DNA from: Macrostomum lignano
Taxonomy: Eukaryota
NCBI GenBank assembly: GCA_002269645.1
Contig: NIVC01004327.1
Coordinates: 1 to 50,431 of the forward strand
DNA length: 50,431 bases
Direction: 5' to 3'
In this document: in pieces, positions 1 through 22,665 of the stretch
How the letters are laid out: the number at the start of each line of letters is the position of its first letter
Numbering within the stretch: the stretch's first letter is position 1
Program-made: the position numbers and the translations under genes
The notes under the pieces: generated by a model
Database searches by the model: none
Seen by the model: the letters and a program-made list of their open reading frames with translations, nothing else
Told to the model about the DNA's origin: nothing

Positions 1-300
1 GCGAGTGAAGTGAGTGAGTAAGTGAGTGAGTGAGTGAGCGAGTGAGTGAGTGAGTAAGTGAGTGAGTGAGTGAATGAGTGAGTGAGAGTGAGTGAGTGAG
101 TGAGAGCGAGTGAGTGAGTGATGTTGTGAGAGTGAAGTGAGCGAGTGAGTGAGTGAGTGAGTAAGTGAGTGAGTGAGTGAGTGAGTGAGTGAGCGAGTGA
201 GTGAGTGAGTGAGTGAGTAAGTGAGTGAGTGAGTGAGTGAGTGAGTGAGTGAGTGAGTGTGAGCGAGTGAGTGAGTGAACGAGCGAGTGAGTGAGTGAGT
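1..300. repeat. (GAGT)n microsatellite, AOX intron
   Basis: Direct reading. Confidence 0.95.
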
Positions 301-395
301 AAGAGCGTGGATAAGCATTTGAAAGAGTGAATGATGGGACGTTTTGAGTGTGAAAATAAAATATGATTTTTTAACAACCTGAATGACAATCTCAC

Positions 396-3300
396 CGTTA
401 ACAGTCTCCTGATCTATAAGGCTCTTATTCTGCAAATAGTTCTCAGTTTTAACAGCGTGATTCTGAAAGAAAAATTAACATTACTAAATAAATTCCTAGT
501 CATAAGCCATGAAAATCAGTGTTTTTTTAATCTGGCGCTTACAAACTTGTCACACACGCCGCCGTAGACAATTCTGGGCCGATCAGTGACTGTGTAGCCG
601 TTGGCTGAGTCCACGGAGACGTTGAACGCGGCGTTGAGGTAGGCGTGGGCGTTCTGAGATTTTAAATATTTGGTGTGTGGATCTTTAGAATGAGGATCTT
701 AGGAATGGGGATCTTTGAAATGGGGATCTTTAGAATCATGATCTTTGGAATGGGGATCTTTGAAATGGGGATCTATGAAATGGGGATTTTGGAATGGGGA
801 TCGTTAAAATGGAGATCTTTGAATTGGGGATCTTTATAATGAGGATCTTTAGAATGGGGGTCTTTAGAATGGGGATCTTTAGAATGGGGATTTAGAATGG
901 GGATCATTGGAATGGGGATCTTTAGAATGGGGATCTTTAGAATGGGGATCATTGGAATGGGGATCTTTAGAATGGGGATCTTTAGAATGGGGATCATTGG
1001 AATGGGGATCTTTAGAATGGGGATCTTTAGAATGGGGATCATTGGAATGGGAATCTTTAGAATGGGGATCTTTAGAATGGGCATCATTGGAATGGGAATC
1101 TTTAGAATGGGGATCTTTAGAATGGGGATCTTTAGACTTTAGAATGGGGATCATTGGAATGGGAATCTTTAGAATGGGGATCTTTAGAATGGGCATCATT
1201 GGAATGGGAATCTTTAGAATGGGGATCTTTAGAATGGGGATCTTTAGACTTTAGAATGGGCATCATTGGAATGGGAATCTTTAGAATGGGGATCTTTAGA
1301 ATGGGGATCTTTAGACTTTAGAATGGGGATCTTTAGAATGGGCATCATTGGAATGGGAATCTTTAGAATGGGGATCTTTAGAATGGGGATCTTTAGACTT
1401 TAGAATGGGCATCATTGGAATGGGAATCTTTAGAATGGGGATCTTTAGAATTTAGAATGGGGATCTTTAGAATTTAGAATGGGGATCTTTAGAATTTAGA
1501 ATCTTCAGAAATGAGTGCATAGCGAACAAGGCAATCAAACAACAATGGCCAACCCACCAGAGCCCTGGGAGTAATCTTGAACGAGCCGAACCGCTGCCCG
1601 ACGCCGCCAGAGAGCGGCAGGAGCGCCGAGGTGACGACCCGGCCGCGCATGTCCTGCCGAAGAAAGTCGGTCATCGTGTACTCTTGAACAGCCGCTCCAC
1701 CGTCAATTGAGTCGGCGACTTTCACAATGGCTCCGGAAGCGGCCATCAGCACGAACAGGTCGGAGGGGAATTCGGGATGGGCCAACTTGAGCATGAGATT
1801 GCCCGCCCAGCAACCGTTTCTACGGACTGCCTGATTGGCCACCTGCTGCAGGTGGCGGGAGAACTGGCCCAGGTAGGCCCTGCCGGCTTGTTTGTTGTCA
1901 TTGGCAACGCGAGCGAATAGCACTAGCAGGTCGTGCAGGGTGAGATTGGAACCGATCTCTAGGCTGGCCTCGGTCTCCTGTGGTTTGGTGGAGAAAATAA
2001 ACAAGGCAGCAATTTTCTTGATAATATTCATAACTTGTACGATTGAAAATATTCGGAAATAAGTTTTCCTGAATGATAAAGTTTCCCAAAATGGGAATTT
2101 TTGGAGTTGAGGAAATTTTCGGGAATTGGGAAATTCTTAGCAATGAGGAATTTTTTGGAAATGGATAATTTTTTGGGAACTGAGGAAATTATTTAAAAAC
2201 GGGGAAGCATTTTGGAATGGGAGATTTTTTGGGATTGGGAAAAGTTTTGGAAATGGGGAATTTTTATAGAATTTGGAATGGGAATTTCTGGCAATGGGGA
2301 AATTTCTGGGAATGGGGAATTTCTGGGAGAGGAAATTTTTGGGAATGGGGAATTCATTGGAATGGGGAGTTTCTTGGAGAGGAAATTTATGGGAATGGGG
2401 AATTTCTGGGAGAGGAAATTTTTGGGAATGGGGAATTCATTGGAATGGGGAGTTTCTTGGAGAGGAAATTTATGGGAATGGGGAATTTCTGGGAGGAAAT
2501 TTCTGGAAATGGGGAATTTCTGGGAGAGGAAATTTCTGGGAATGGGAAATTCGTGGGAATGAATGAAGAAATTTATGGAAATGGGAAATTTATGGGAATG
2601 GGGAATTTCTGGGAGAGGAAATTTCTGGGAATGAATGAAGAAATTTATGGAAATGGGGAGTTTCTGGGATTCTGGGAATGAGGAAATTTAGAAAAAAACA
2701 TACGAAAATTTTCAAAAAAACTAGCAAAACGAAAAAAATATTGTGAGAAAGATACTAAAAAATGAATAGCAACAAACCGAAGCTCACCTCAATCTTATAC
2801 AGTTCGGGAACATTCCTAATATTCACGTAATGATCAGCAATGGCGTCCTCTTTAAACACGCCGCTAGACGTGTTGCCAAACACCAATCGATAATTATCAT
2901 TCCGCAGTCTGCCAAGCAGAGTCAGCAGCTCCTTCAGTGTGCCGGGATTGTAGAACTTCTGGCCTTTCCAACCGCGAGCGATGGCCGCCACGCCGGAGGT
3001 TGGCACTTTGCCAACTTGGCTTCGGCAGCAGCCGCGCTCTAGATCCTGCATTTTCAATAGCTATCATTTCAATCAATATTGCTTATTAAATAAAAATTAT
3101 TCTGTTTTAAAAATAAGTTAACTACTTTAAGTAGCATAAATGCTTTCGAAATTATTTAGATAAAGCTGGGAGTGAATTTTTAGGAATTTCATAATCATTT
3201 ATCCGGGATCTGAACTCAAATTTTAGGGTTGAATTTTTAGCGCTGCTAATCTAGGATCTGGGAACTGGGATCAAGGAGTTAAGATCTGGGATCAAGAGGT

Positions 3301-6300
3301 TGGGATCTGGATCAAGAGATTGGGATCTGGGATCAAGGGATCGGGATCTGGGATCAAGGGATTGGGATCTGGGGATCACGGGGTGGGATCTGGTATCAAG
3401 AGGTTGGGATCTGGGATCAAGAGGTTGGGATCTGGGATCAAGAGGTTGGGATCTGGGATCAAGAGGTTGGGATCTGGGATCAAGAGGTTGGGATCTGGAA
3501 TCAAGGGATTGGGATCTGGAGATCACGGGGTGGGATCTGGTATCAAGAGGTTGGGATCTGGGATCAAGAGGTTGGGATCTGGGATCAAGAGGTTGGGATC
3601 TGGGATCAAGAGGTTGGGATCTGGTATCAAGAAGTCGGGATCTGGGATCAAGAGGTTGGGATCTGGGATCAAGAGGTTGGGATCTGGGATCAAGAGGTTG
3701 GGATCTGGGATCAAGAGGTTGGGATCTGGGACCATGGAGTTAAGATGAGATCCCGGTTGGGATCTTGAATCTGGGATTTGAAGTCTTATTGGAATATTAC
3801 CTCCAAATGCCACAATACAATCTCATATAGACAATCAAAGTACCAATAATCGTACTCGCCTCAACCTCCAAACAGCCTCCAGCTTTGCCGGCATCGCAAG
3901 CGAAGCTCTTCATCGAGTCCAATATCGGCCTATAGCCGGTGCAGCGGCAAATATTGCCGTCGAAAAAGTGCTCAACCTCTAATTTAGTAGCCTTCGGATT
4001 GTCTCTCAGCTGGCTGTAGGCCGACATGACGAAGCCGGGCGAACAGTAGCCGCACTGACTGCCGAATCCGTCGGCTAGGCTGGCCTGAATTGGGTGGTAG
4101 CCCGCGGACTGGCTGCGGCCGCCGATGCCTTCAATGGTGACAATGTGCCAGCCGGCGGCGGAGTACAAGGGTGTCACACACTGTAATGGGGTAAGGGGTC
4201 AATGTTACATCTGAGGCACATGTGATATTGAAAATCTAACATTACCATAGCTAAGGACTTCTATTCCGGTAGTTCAGGGATTTCTATTCCGGTAATCCGG
4301 TAGTTCAAGGACTTCTATTCGAGTAGTTCAAGGACTTCTAAGTTCTATTCGAGTAGTTCAACAAGGACTTCTATTCCAGTAGTTCAAGGACTCCTATTCG
4401 AGTAATTCAAGGACTTCTATTCCAGTAGTTCAAGGACTTCTATTCGAGTAATTCAAGGACTTCTATTCCAGTAGTTTAAGGATTTCTATTCGAGTAGTTC
4501 AATGACTTCTATTCCAGTAGTTCAAGGACTTCTATTCCAGTAGTTCAACAAGGACTTCTATTCCAGTAGTTCAAGGACTTCTATTCAAGTAGTTAAAGGA
4601 CTTCTAATCCAGTAGTTCAAGGATTTCTATTCGAGTAGTTCAAGGACTTCTATTCGAGTAGTTCAAGGACTTCTATTCGAGTAGTTAAAGGACTTCTATT
4701 CGAGTAGTTCAAGGACTTCTATTCGAGTAGTTCAAGGACTTCTATTCGAGTAGTTCAAGGACTTCTATTCGAGTAGTTCAAGGACTTCTATTCCAGTAGT
4801 TCAAGGACTTCTATTCGAGTAGTTCAAGGACTTCTATTCGAGTAGTTCAAGGACTTCTATTCCAGTAGTTCAAGGACTTCTATTCGAGTAGTTCAAGGAC
4901 TTCTATTCCAGTAGTTCAGGGGCTTCTAATCCAGCAGTTCAGGGGCTTCTAATCCATTAGTTCAGGGACTTCTATTCCAGTAGTTCAACAAGGACTTCCA
5001 TTCCAGTAGTTCAAGGACTTCTATTCGAGTAGTTCAAGGACTTCTATTCGAGTAGTTCAAGGACTTCTATTCGAGTAGTTCAAGGACTTCTATTCGAGTA
5101 GTTCAAGGACTTCTATTCGAGTAGTTCAAGGACTTCTATTCGAGTAGTTCAAGGACTTCTATTCGAGTAGTTCAAGGACTTCTATTCCAGTAGTTCAAGG
5201 ACTTCTATTCCAGTAGTTCAAGGACTTCTATTCGAGTAGTTCAAGGACTTCTATTCCAGTAGTTCAAGGACTTCTATTCGAGTAGTTCAAGGACTTCTAT
5301 TCGAGTAGTTCAAGGACTTCTATTCGAGTAGTTCAAGGACTTCTATTCGAGTAGTTCAAGGACTTCTATTCGAGTAGTTCAAGGACTTCTATTCGAGTAG
5401 TTCAAGGACTTCTATTCGAGTAGTTCAAGGACTTCTATTCCAGTAGTTCAAGGACTTCTATTCGAGTAGTTCAAGGACTTCTATTCGAGTAGTTCAAGGA
5501 CTTCTATTCCAGTAGTTCAAGGACTTCTATTCGAGTAGTTCAAGGACTTCTATTCCAGTAGTTCAGGGGCTTCTAATCCAGCAGTTCAGGGGCTTCTAAT
5601 CCATTAGTTCAGGGACTTCTATTCCAGTAGTTCAACAAGGACTTCCATTCCAGTAGTTCAAGGACTTCTATTCCAGTAGTTCAAGGACTTCTATTCGAGT
5701 AATTCAAGGACTTCTATTCCAGTAGTTCAACAAGGACTTCTATTCCAGTAGTTCAAGGACTTCTATTCCAGTAGTTCAACAAGGACTTCTATTCCAGTAG
5801 TTCAAGGACTTCTATTCCAGTAGTTCAACAAGGACTTCTATTCCAGTAGTTCAAGGACTTCTATTCGAGTAGTTCAAGGACTTCTATTCCAGTAGTTCAA
5901 CAAGGACTTCTATTCCCATAGTTCAGGCCAGGGACTTTTATTCCAGTAGTTCAAGGGCTTCTATTTTAGTAGTCCAGGTGCTTTTCTTCGCTGAATGATG
6001 TATCATTCGGGATGTCCAACCTCCCTTATTAGGTTTTAACCTTGATTCTAGCCAAGCAGCTAGTTTCTTCAATCTTCAGATTCAAGGACTTCCCCTATCC
6101 TAACTAACAAATATAGTCCACAGGCAACATTCAACAATCACAAAAAATTTAGCTCACCGAATTAACCGGTTTAGACTCGATCTCGCCAGTAGCTGGATGT
6201 TTATAAACGGCGCACACTGTGCAACAACCGCAGCCGGCCTCGCGGCACATCACTTTGGTGCCCTTCAAGTTGAGCGTGTCGCGAAGAAAGTCGTTCAGAC

Positions 6301-6466
6301 TCATCTCGGGGTCGCAATCGCGAGTGACTACATGACCGTGGATTGTAAAACTAACGATTTATTGGTAAAAAAAGCAATCCAAGAATCGCATAGTGTGGTT
6401 ATACTTACTCTCGTATCGTTTGTCATTGACATAAATAAAAGGCTCTTGGTGCGTCGAAATTTCCAT
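396..6466 (-). CDS. Aldehyde oxidase / xanthine dehydrogenase family molybdoflavoenzyme, N-terminal part (2Fe-2S and FAD domains); continues beyond the window start
   Basis: Exons (minus): 6409-6466, 6158-6327, 3860-4180, 2788-3045, 1558-1977, 543-653, 396-462; all phases join. Motifs: GTKVMCREAGCGCCTV (Fe/S I), QCGYCSPGFVMS and GNICRCTGYRPI (Fe/S II), LVFGNTSSGV, WAGNL..FPSD, KITPRAL|NAHAYLNAAF. Confidence 0.95.
680..1500. repeat. 15-bp minisatellite TTTAGAATGGGGATC, AOX intron
   Basis: Direct reading; source of the IPILK/GIFRM ORFs. Confidence 0.95.
2085..2690. repeat. Degenerate GGGAATGGGGAATTTCT-type minisatellite, AOX intron
   Basis: Direct reading. Confidence 0.85.
3250..3730. repeat. 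21-bp minisatellite GGGATCTGGGATCAAGAGGTT, AOX intron
   Basis: Direct reading. Confidence 0.95.
4250..5970. repeat. 23-bp minisatellite GTAGTTCAAGGACTTCTATTCSA, AOX intron
   Basis: Direct reading, ~75 units. Confidence 0.95.
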
Positions 6467-7835
6467 GCTTTGTTGCTGCTTGTTTCACCGTTTGGTAATT
6501 AATATATTAGCTAGTGTAATTCGTTGTTTGATGCTTGGTTGCAATAGAAAACGTGCAAGAGCTTTCACGATATTCAGTGTATATAACCTTAAGCAGGATT
6601 TATTTAGTTAACAAGTTTGCTGGTTAGATAGACTGATGCAAAACATTGACAGAATCTGTCTGGAATGGGTCCGTCCATGTGCTGATATATATAAGGGTTA
6701 GTTTAGGGTTTGCGAGCTAAAAGTCTTACCTAACTCTATCCCCCTCGTTCCTCTCTCTTTTACCCAACCAACCCCGATTCCCCCCACTCCCAATTCAATG
6801 TACAGTGAGGCATGTACATACCGAGAAGCCCCCTCTCCACCCCAAAACGTTTCTTCCTTTACCGGAGGCCTGGGCCGCGGCGGCCAAATAAAATAAATAC
6901 AATAATAGATTAAGTGCGCACATTAAAAAGTACATTAGTAATTAGTTTTTATCGCCACACAATTTTGAGAAAACCAAATATTTGTTATCTGTGTCTGGTT
7001 GTTGGGTCTATTCAGCAGGTCAGAAAATGCAGAATCTCTACTTATGAGTGACACTTTTTAGCGCTCGAAGCTCGAGTGTTTATTTTCCCTACCCTACCCA
7101 ACTTGCATTTGTATTTCGCACCACCTGTTAACCCGCGTTTCATTTTTAACAGTTAGACAGTTACAGACTCGTTAATCATACAAATAGCAGTTCATTTCCT
7201 ATGCGAGCGAGTCTGCTGATGAAAATTCTCATTTACTTACTTGTGAAAATGGTGCCTAAATAAACAATGCTTTCGGTTTAATTAAAAACTGTAGTTATTC
7301 AACAGTGCAACTAACGTCGTAAATCTACTCTCTACTCTATGCAGTAAAGACTGAACCATATTTATTTTCTAACTGGACTTCGCATTTCAACTAATGTTTA
7401 TTTAACGACACGGCCAGTACGTTTGAAAAACGTGTGTGTTTTGTTATAATGTAATGCAACTATACGCTTACTCCGCAAAAGATGTCCCTGGGGCCAATCG
7501 TGAAGGGTGATACATTTATATTGCTTTAAAAAGCGTATGAATTACTATAAATTAGTCGAAGGCAAAGCCACTAATAACTACCAAAGTTTTGAATCTAATT
7601 GTAATTATTTTATATAAGTTCACTAATACCCTACTCATAGCAGGCAATAGCAAAGTTAGCACGATTTAAGATGTTTTGATTAAAGCTCCAATCAAAAGTC
7701 CTTCAAATTTTAATGGTCGTACTTTAATAGTCGTACTGTAGTTGTTTGGCCTTCTGATTCTCGCGGTTTTGGTCAAAGTCCATATATATATTTAGATATT
7801 TGCCATGTACATTGTACGTGCGTACATTTTACCGC

Positions 7836-7847
7836 TTTAATTTTAAT
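7836..7847 (-). terminator. Tandem ATTAAA polyadenylation signals of the secreted-precursor gene
   Basis: Plus strand tttaat twice (7836-7841, 7842-7847), ~45 nt after the TAA at 7889. Confidence 0.5.
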
Positions 7848-7888
7848 AATCGCTGCAATGCTATAATTATTTCAAATTGGTTGTCAAT

Positions 7889-9850
7889 TTAAACGACGCT
7901 GCAATTAGGCAGAGCGGCGCTGGCGGGGCACAGGCACACGCACACCAGCTGACGCCGCTTCCTAGACACGAACACCCGCGGCCCCAGGCCGGACTTGCCG
8001 CAGCCAACGGGATAGGGCAGGCCTCCGTAAGCGCATGGAAAGTACACCAGATGCGACAGGCGCAGGCGCAGACGAGGTTGCAATGGGGCTGTTAAAGTCG
8101 AGCTGGACATTGGTGCTGTCCTGCGGTGCAGCTTTTCATGGCGTCGCTTCATTTTCCATGGCATCGGTGATCCAGGCGCTTCAGCTGTTTGTACATTAAT
8201 AAGTACTAATAGTATATCGTCAATAATTAATTACAGGAACTGATGTCTTCGTTTATAATAACCATCTCTGTTCAATCTTCTAATAACAGACACCAATCCC
8301 CTAATCTTAGTGACTAATCCTCTAATCCCCAGTCACTAATCCCCTAACCTTAGTGACAAATCCAAAAATCCCCAGTCACAAATCCCTTAATCTTAGTGAC
8401 TAATCCCCTAATCTTAGTGACTAATCCTCTTATCCTCAGTCACTAATCCCCTAATCTTAGTGACTAATCCCCTAATCCCCAGTCTCTAATCCCCTAATCT
8501 TAGTGACTAATCCAAAAATCCCCAGTCACAAATCTTAGTTACTAATCCCCTAATCCCCAGTTCACTAATCTCCTAATCTTAGTGACTAATCTCCTAATCC
8601 CCAGTCACTAATCCCTTAATCTTAGTTACTAATCCCCTAATCCCCAGTTCACTAATCCCTTAGTCTTAGTTACTAATCCCCTAATCCCCAGTTCACTAAT
8701 CCCCTAATCTTAGTGACTAATCCCCTAATCTTAGTGACTAATCCCCTAATCTTAGTGATTAATCCCATAATCCCCAGTCACTAATCCCTTAATCCTAGTG
8801 ACTAATCCCCTAATCCCCAGTCACCAATCCCCTAATCTTAGTGACTAATCCCCTAATCTCAGTCTCTAATCCCCTAATCTTAGTGCCTAATACCCAAATC
8901 CCCAGTCACTAGTCCTAGTGACTAATCCCCTAATCCCCAGTTACTAACGCCCTAATCCCCCAGTTTCCAATGACTAAAATCCCCGAACAGAATCCCCAGC
9001 CGCTTCTAGGTTACCAGTCAGCCAGCGTTGAAAATCTGTTCGGCTCGACGGGAAACCAGAATTAGAAGAAATCTCCATGGCTTGACAGCTGCTCAAGTTA
9101 GCAACCAAAACCGTGCTCAGTAATAACAGCACAGTCGGCTTTTTAATATCGAGTAGAGTCCTGCAAAATGTTTCATAATATGTTATGATAATAAAGTGTT
9201 TGGCGCCCCCCTACACAGCAAGTTTGGCTACACAGCAGGTTTGGCGCTCCCCCCACACAGCAAGTTTGGCGCTCCCTACACAGCAGATTTGGCGCTCCCC
9301 ACACAGCAGGTTTGGCGCTCCCCACACAGCAAGTTTGGCGCTCCCCCCCCCACACAGCAAGTTTGGCGCTCCCCACACAGCAGGTTTGGCGCTCTCCTCC
9401 ACACAGCAAGTTTGGCGCTCCCCCCCCACACAGCAAGTTTGGCGCCCCCTACACAGCAGGTTTGGCGCTCCCTACACAGCAGATTTGGCGCTCCCCCCCA
9501 CACAGCAAGTTTGGCGCTCCCCCCCACACAGCAAGTTTGGCGCCCCCTACACAGCAGGTTTGGCGCTCCCTACACAGCAAGTTTGGCGCTCTCTACACAG
9601 CAAGTTTGGCGCCCCCCTACACAGCAAGTTTGGCGCCCCCCTACACAGCAAGTTTGGCGCTCCCTACACAGCAGGTTTGATACTCCCTACACAGCAAGTT
9701 TGGCGCTCCCTACACAGCAAGTTTGGCGCCCCCCTACACAGCAAGTTTGGCGCTCCCTACACAGCAGGTTTGGCGCCTCAAAGATGCGTCTCTGCCACCA
9801 ATAAAAAATCCAGGCTACTCCGCAAAATCTTACCTTCGCAGATGCACCAT
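7889..9850 (-). CDS. Small secreted cysteine-rich precursor (~152 aa), 3 exons, family not recognised
   Basis: Exons 9834-9850, 9015-9160, 7889-8184; GT-AG introns with matching phases (2, then 1). Protein: MVHLRRTLLDIKKPTVLLLLSTVLVANLSSCQA-MEISS...MKRRHEKLHRR...FPCAYGGLPYPVGCGK...RKRRQLVCVCLCPASAALPNCSVV*. Signal-peptide-like N-terminus, six C-terminal Cys, and two ATTAAA signals just past the stop. Confidence 0.75.
8290..8965. repeat. ~21-22-bp minisatellite CTAATCCCCTAATC(TTAGTGA/CCCAGTCA), intron of the secreted-precursor gene
   Basis: Direct reading. Confidence 0.9.
9198..9778. repeat. ~24-bp minisatellite CTACACAGCAAGTTTGGCGCYCCC
   Basis: Direct reading; fills intron 1 of the secreted-precursor gene. 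Confidence 0.9.
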
Positions 9851-10374
9851 TGCAATTCTTAGTTCCTGTAATGATGTAGGATAAAAGCCTCTGCCTTTTG
9901 ACCTCGATAAAAGAACAACTTTGATGCTTTGTGTGGGTCTGTAAAGAGTTGCGAATTTATACAGATTTCAACGAACCTGCATGCAGTCTAAAGTGACGGG
10001 CAATTTAATTCAATTTCAGTGACGCCTTTTCTTCCCAATTTTCGCTTTGAATTTAAATGGATTAGGCAAATAATGAAACAAAATATGAGCGCTGGCCTTT
10101 TTTCTTCTTATAGTGGACAACTCTGAAGTTATCCTGTCACGCTGCGGTGCATATATAGGCACGACGCGACAGTGAACCTGTCAACTTTAATTTAACTGGA
10201 TTGATTTCAATTTGCCAGGTTTTATTCAATTTTACCTGTCGTCCATGGCACTTTAACATCCATTTATGGCGCTTCAATATCTTCTTTGGCGCTTCAATAC
10301 TCGAGTACATTCCACTGCAATATTATTTTCTTTTCTCAGATGCAGTGTCTGAATTTGAACTTTATTAGACAAAT

Positions 10375-10615
10375 TAAATGTGTGCAGATGTACTCAAACA
10401 AATTTATTGTGTGCAGATGTACTCAAACAAATTTATTGTGTGCAGATGTAATCAAACAAATTTATTGTGTGCAGATGTACTCAAACAAATTTATTGTGTG
10501 CAGATGTACTCAAACAAATTTATTGTGTGCAAATGTACTCAAACAAATTTATTGTGTGCAGATGTACTCAGACACTCAGACACAAATATATTGTGTGCAG
10601 ATGTGCTCAGACAAA
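10375..10615. repeat. 29-bp minisatellite TGTGCAGATGTACTCAAACAAATTTATTG
   Basis: Direct reading; intergenic. Confidence 0.9.
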
Positions 10616-10729
10616 TATAATCGAAACAATTGATTAATAGACAATAGTTTATCTAAATTATAAGTGCATTAGCTAAGACCTATATAAATTAAGTTAACGA
10701 GTTCAACGCTATTAATTCACACCCAGCGC

Positions 10730-20782
<10,053 letters not shown>

Positions 20783-20934
20783 GGCGGCTTTGTGGCTACA
20801 GGATTTTGAAAAGCAAGGAAGTTCGTCATTAGTTATTGTAATTACAAGTAACAACCAAGTTATGCTATTGGTAGACATCATTTCATTGGATCTGAGCACG
20901 CTCTGTTTAATTGGGCTTTAATTGGCTAAAATCT

Positions 20935-21880
20935 CTTGGGTTGGAACTCTCAGATCTCTCTCAAAGAAATCTCTGAAAGCTCTCTCAAGTTAATAACCTC
21001 TCTCAGGCTGGAAATCTCTCATATTGAAAATCTCTCACATCGGAAATATCCCTCATATTGGAATCTCTCACATCGGAAATCTCTCTCATATTGGAAATCT
21101 CTCATATTGGAAATCTCTCATATTGGAAATCTCTCATATTGGAAATCTTTCATATTGGAAATCTCTTATATTGGAAATCTTCCTCATATATTGGAAATCT
21201 CTCATATTGGAAATCTCTCATATTGAAAATCTTCCTCATATTGGAAATCTCTCATATTGGAAATCTCTCATATTGGAAATCTCTCATATTGGAAATCTCT
21301 CATATTGGAAATCTCTCATATTGGAAATCTTTCATATTGGAAATCTCTCATATTGGAAATCTCTCATATTGGAAATCTCTTATATTGGAAATCTCTCATA
21401 TTGGAAGTCTCTCATATTGGAAATCTCTCATATTGGAAGTCTCTCATATTGGAAATCTCTCATATTGGAAATCTCTCATATTGGAAATCTCGCTCATATT
21501 GGAAGTCTCTCATATTGGAAATCTCTCATATTGGAAATCTCTCATATTGGAAGTCTCTCATATTGGAAATCTCTCATATTGGAAATCTCTCATATTGGAA
21601 ATCTCTCATATTGAAAATCTCATATTGGAAGTCCCTCATATTGGAAATCTCTCATATTGGAAATCTCTCATATTGGAAATCTCTCATATTGGAAGTCTCT
21701 CATATTGGAAATCTCTCATATTGGAAATCTCTCATATTGGAAGTCTCTCATATTGGAAATCTCTCATATTGGAAATCTCTCATATTGGAAATCTCTCATA
21801 TTGAAAATCTCATATTGGAAGTCCCTCATATTGGAAATCTCTCATATTGGAAATCTCTCATATTGGAAATCTCTCTCACT
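20935..21880. repeat. 16-bp minisatellite TATTGGAAATCTCTCA upstream of the channel
   Basis: Direct reading. Confidence 0.95.
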
Positions 21881-22344
21881 GGGAATCTCAGTCTGATTGC
21901 AAATGTCTCACGGTGGAAGTGTATCAAATATTGGAAATTTGTTATACCGGTAATTAGGGGCTACGAGTAAATTAAGCTCCAATGTGAGGTAAAACATTTC
22001 TGAATTTCTGAAGAAGTTTCCGCTTGTGAAGCCAGTGGCACTGATTGCCAGCCACTTCAAGACAATGGCCTGGTTGCATAGATGCAGACATCCTGTATCT
22101 GAATTTTGCCGTTCGTGCATCTACGTTTAGATTTATTATTAATAATATTGAACGCGATTCTTTCAAGGCTGGAGCGTTAGAACTAAAAAACCCCTGCTTG
22201 ATAAGTTTTTTACAACTATTCTACTCCATCCGAATGGAGGACTGGTACGCGCGTCCTAGAGAGCGGAAAAGTCTGGAACTGACGCTGTGATGATGTTGCC
22301 TAAGAATTCTGAAGGAGTCCACAGAAAATTTCTGGCACTTTCAG

Positions 22345-22665
22345 AGGGGGGCGCCAGCTACAGAGGGGCGCCAGCTACAGAGGGGGGCCAGCTACAGAGG
22401 GGGGCGCCAGCTACAGAGGGGGCGCCAGCTACAGAGGGGGCGCCAGCTACAGAGGGGGCGCCAGCTACAGAGGGGGCGCCAGCTACAGAGGGGGCGCCAG
22501 CTACAGAGGGGGGCGCCAGCTACAGAGGGGGCGCCAGCTACAGAGGGGGCGCCAGCTACAGAGGGGGCGACAGCTACAGAGGGGGCGCCAGCTACAGAGG
22601 GGGCGACAGCTACAGAGGCAGCGCCAGCTACAGAAGGAGCGCAAGCTACAGAAGGAGCGCCAGCT
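22345..22665. repeat. 18-bp minisatellite AGAGGGGGCGCCAGCTAC
   Basis: Direct reading; source of the EGAPAT ORF. Confidence 0.9.

Noticed and set aside
20935-21880. GGAAATCTC as NF-kB-like sites upstream of the channel
   Set aside because: An imperfect match in a simple AT-rich minisatellite; no independent support.
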